Shown: positions 63,456-64,000 of the stretch, piece after piece | How positions within the stretch are numbered: position 1 is the stretch's first letter | Layout of the letters: every line of letters starts with the position of its first letter | DNA from: the human T2T-CHM13v2.0 reference genome, Homo sapiens | Assembly: GCF_009914755.1 (NCBI RefSeq) | Contig: NC_060939.1 | Length of the DNA: 64,000 nt | Strand: one strand, 5' to 3' | Position numbers and translations under genes: made by a program | The notes under the pieces: generated by a model | Database searches by the model: none | What the model saw: the letters and a program-made list of their open reading frames with translations, nothing else | What the model was told of the DNA's origin: nothing

Positions 63456-64000
63456 TTATCCTTCCTGTTCTCATCCCTGATTCCTATGATACTGTTTGAC
63501 AGCTGCACTGACACACTGTGGCATGGACCTCTTCTGACAGCCAGCCCCTCCTCTTTTCACTTGCCTGTCCACTTGCACCAACCACCCCTTTGCCAATGAC
63601 CTTGACTCCCTTGCCCCTTGCCTATCTTTGCTCCAATGCAGCTGTGGATATGGGCTGCACCCGCCAGCTGCAACTTGACCTCCCCTGCCCTGCTTACTGG
63701 GAAGCCTGCAGCCTATCCCAAAAGGTGCCTACCGCAGAAAGCCTTCAGCCCCAAGTAGTTTTGATGGGCCTCAGTATAGGCTTCCCACCTGGCAGAGAGA
63801 GTAACATAAGTTGTAAGCCTGATCCTGCAAAGCCAAGAGTGGTTCTGCTCTGGAGCCAAGAGACACCCTAGCACTGTCCTTTTTCTCTCTTTCAGAGGAC
63901 CTCAATTCCAGAGGCAAATCTTCGGCCTTTGTCACATGGGACAGAGTCCAAAGCCTCCTTGCTGAGATTCTGGGGAGAAACTAGCTCATACCAGTGTATG

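Overview
Non-coding, repeat-rich mammalian DNA from a great ape or human lineage: it carries AluJ/S/Y elements and a young L1 with L1PA2-diagnostic bases. I find no credible host protein-coding exon, CpG island, tRNA/rRNA or CRISPR array. The informative ORFs in the track are decayed transposon proteins (L1 ORF2, Tigger1 transposase, ERV-L gag, CR1/L3 RT); the rest are Alu-derived or chance ORFs. The window holds about 16 dimeric Alus and 2 Alu monomers, three primate L1 3' fragments (one twin-primed with a 5' inversion), old L1M/L2/MIR/L3 relics, MaLR/ERV1/ERVL LTRs and several hAT/Tigger DNA transposon relics, many of them nested. I could not support a new biological system. The best leads are: (i) an ERV1 solo LTR with a tightly packed GAS-NF-kB-GAS composite, (ii) a bipartite local duplication at 59-61.4 kb in which only one copy carries a (TG)n microsatellite, (iii) several non-repeat motif clusters that look like enhancers (ARE/AP-1, CRE+ETS, E-box+G4), (iv) an unusually long CR1/L3 relic with readable RT motifs, and (v) short templated inverted/direct rearrangements. 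Subfamily names come from recalled consensus features, not from a database search.
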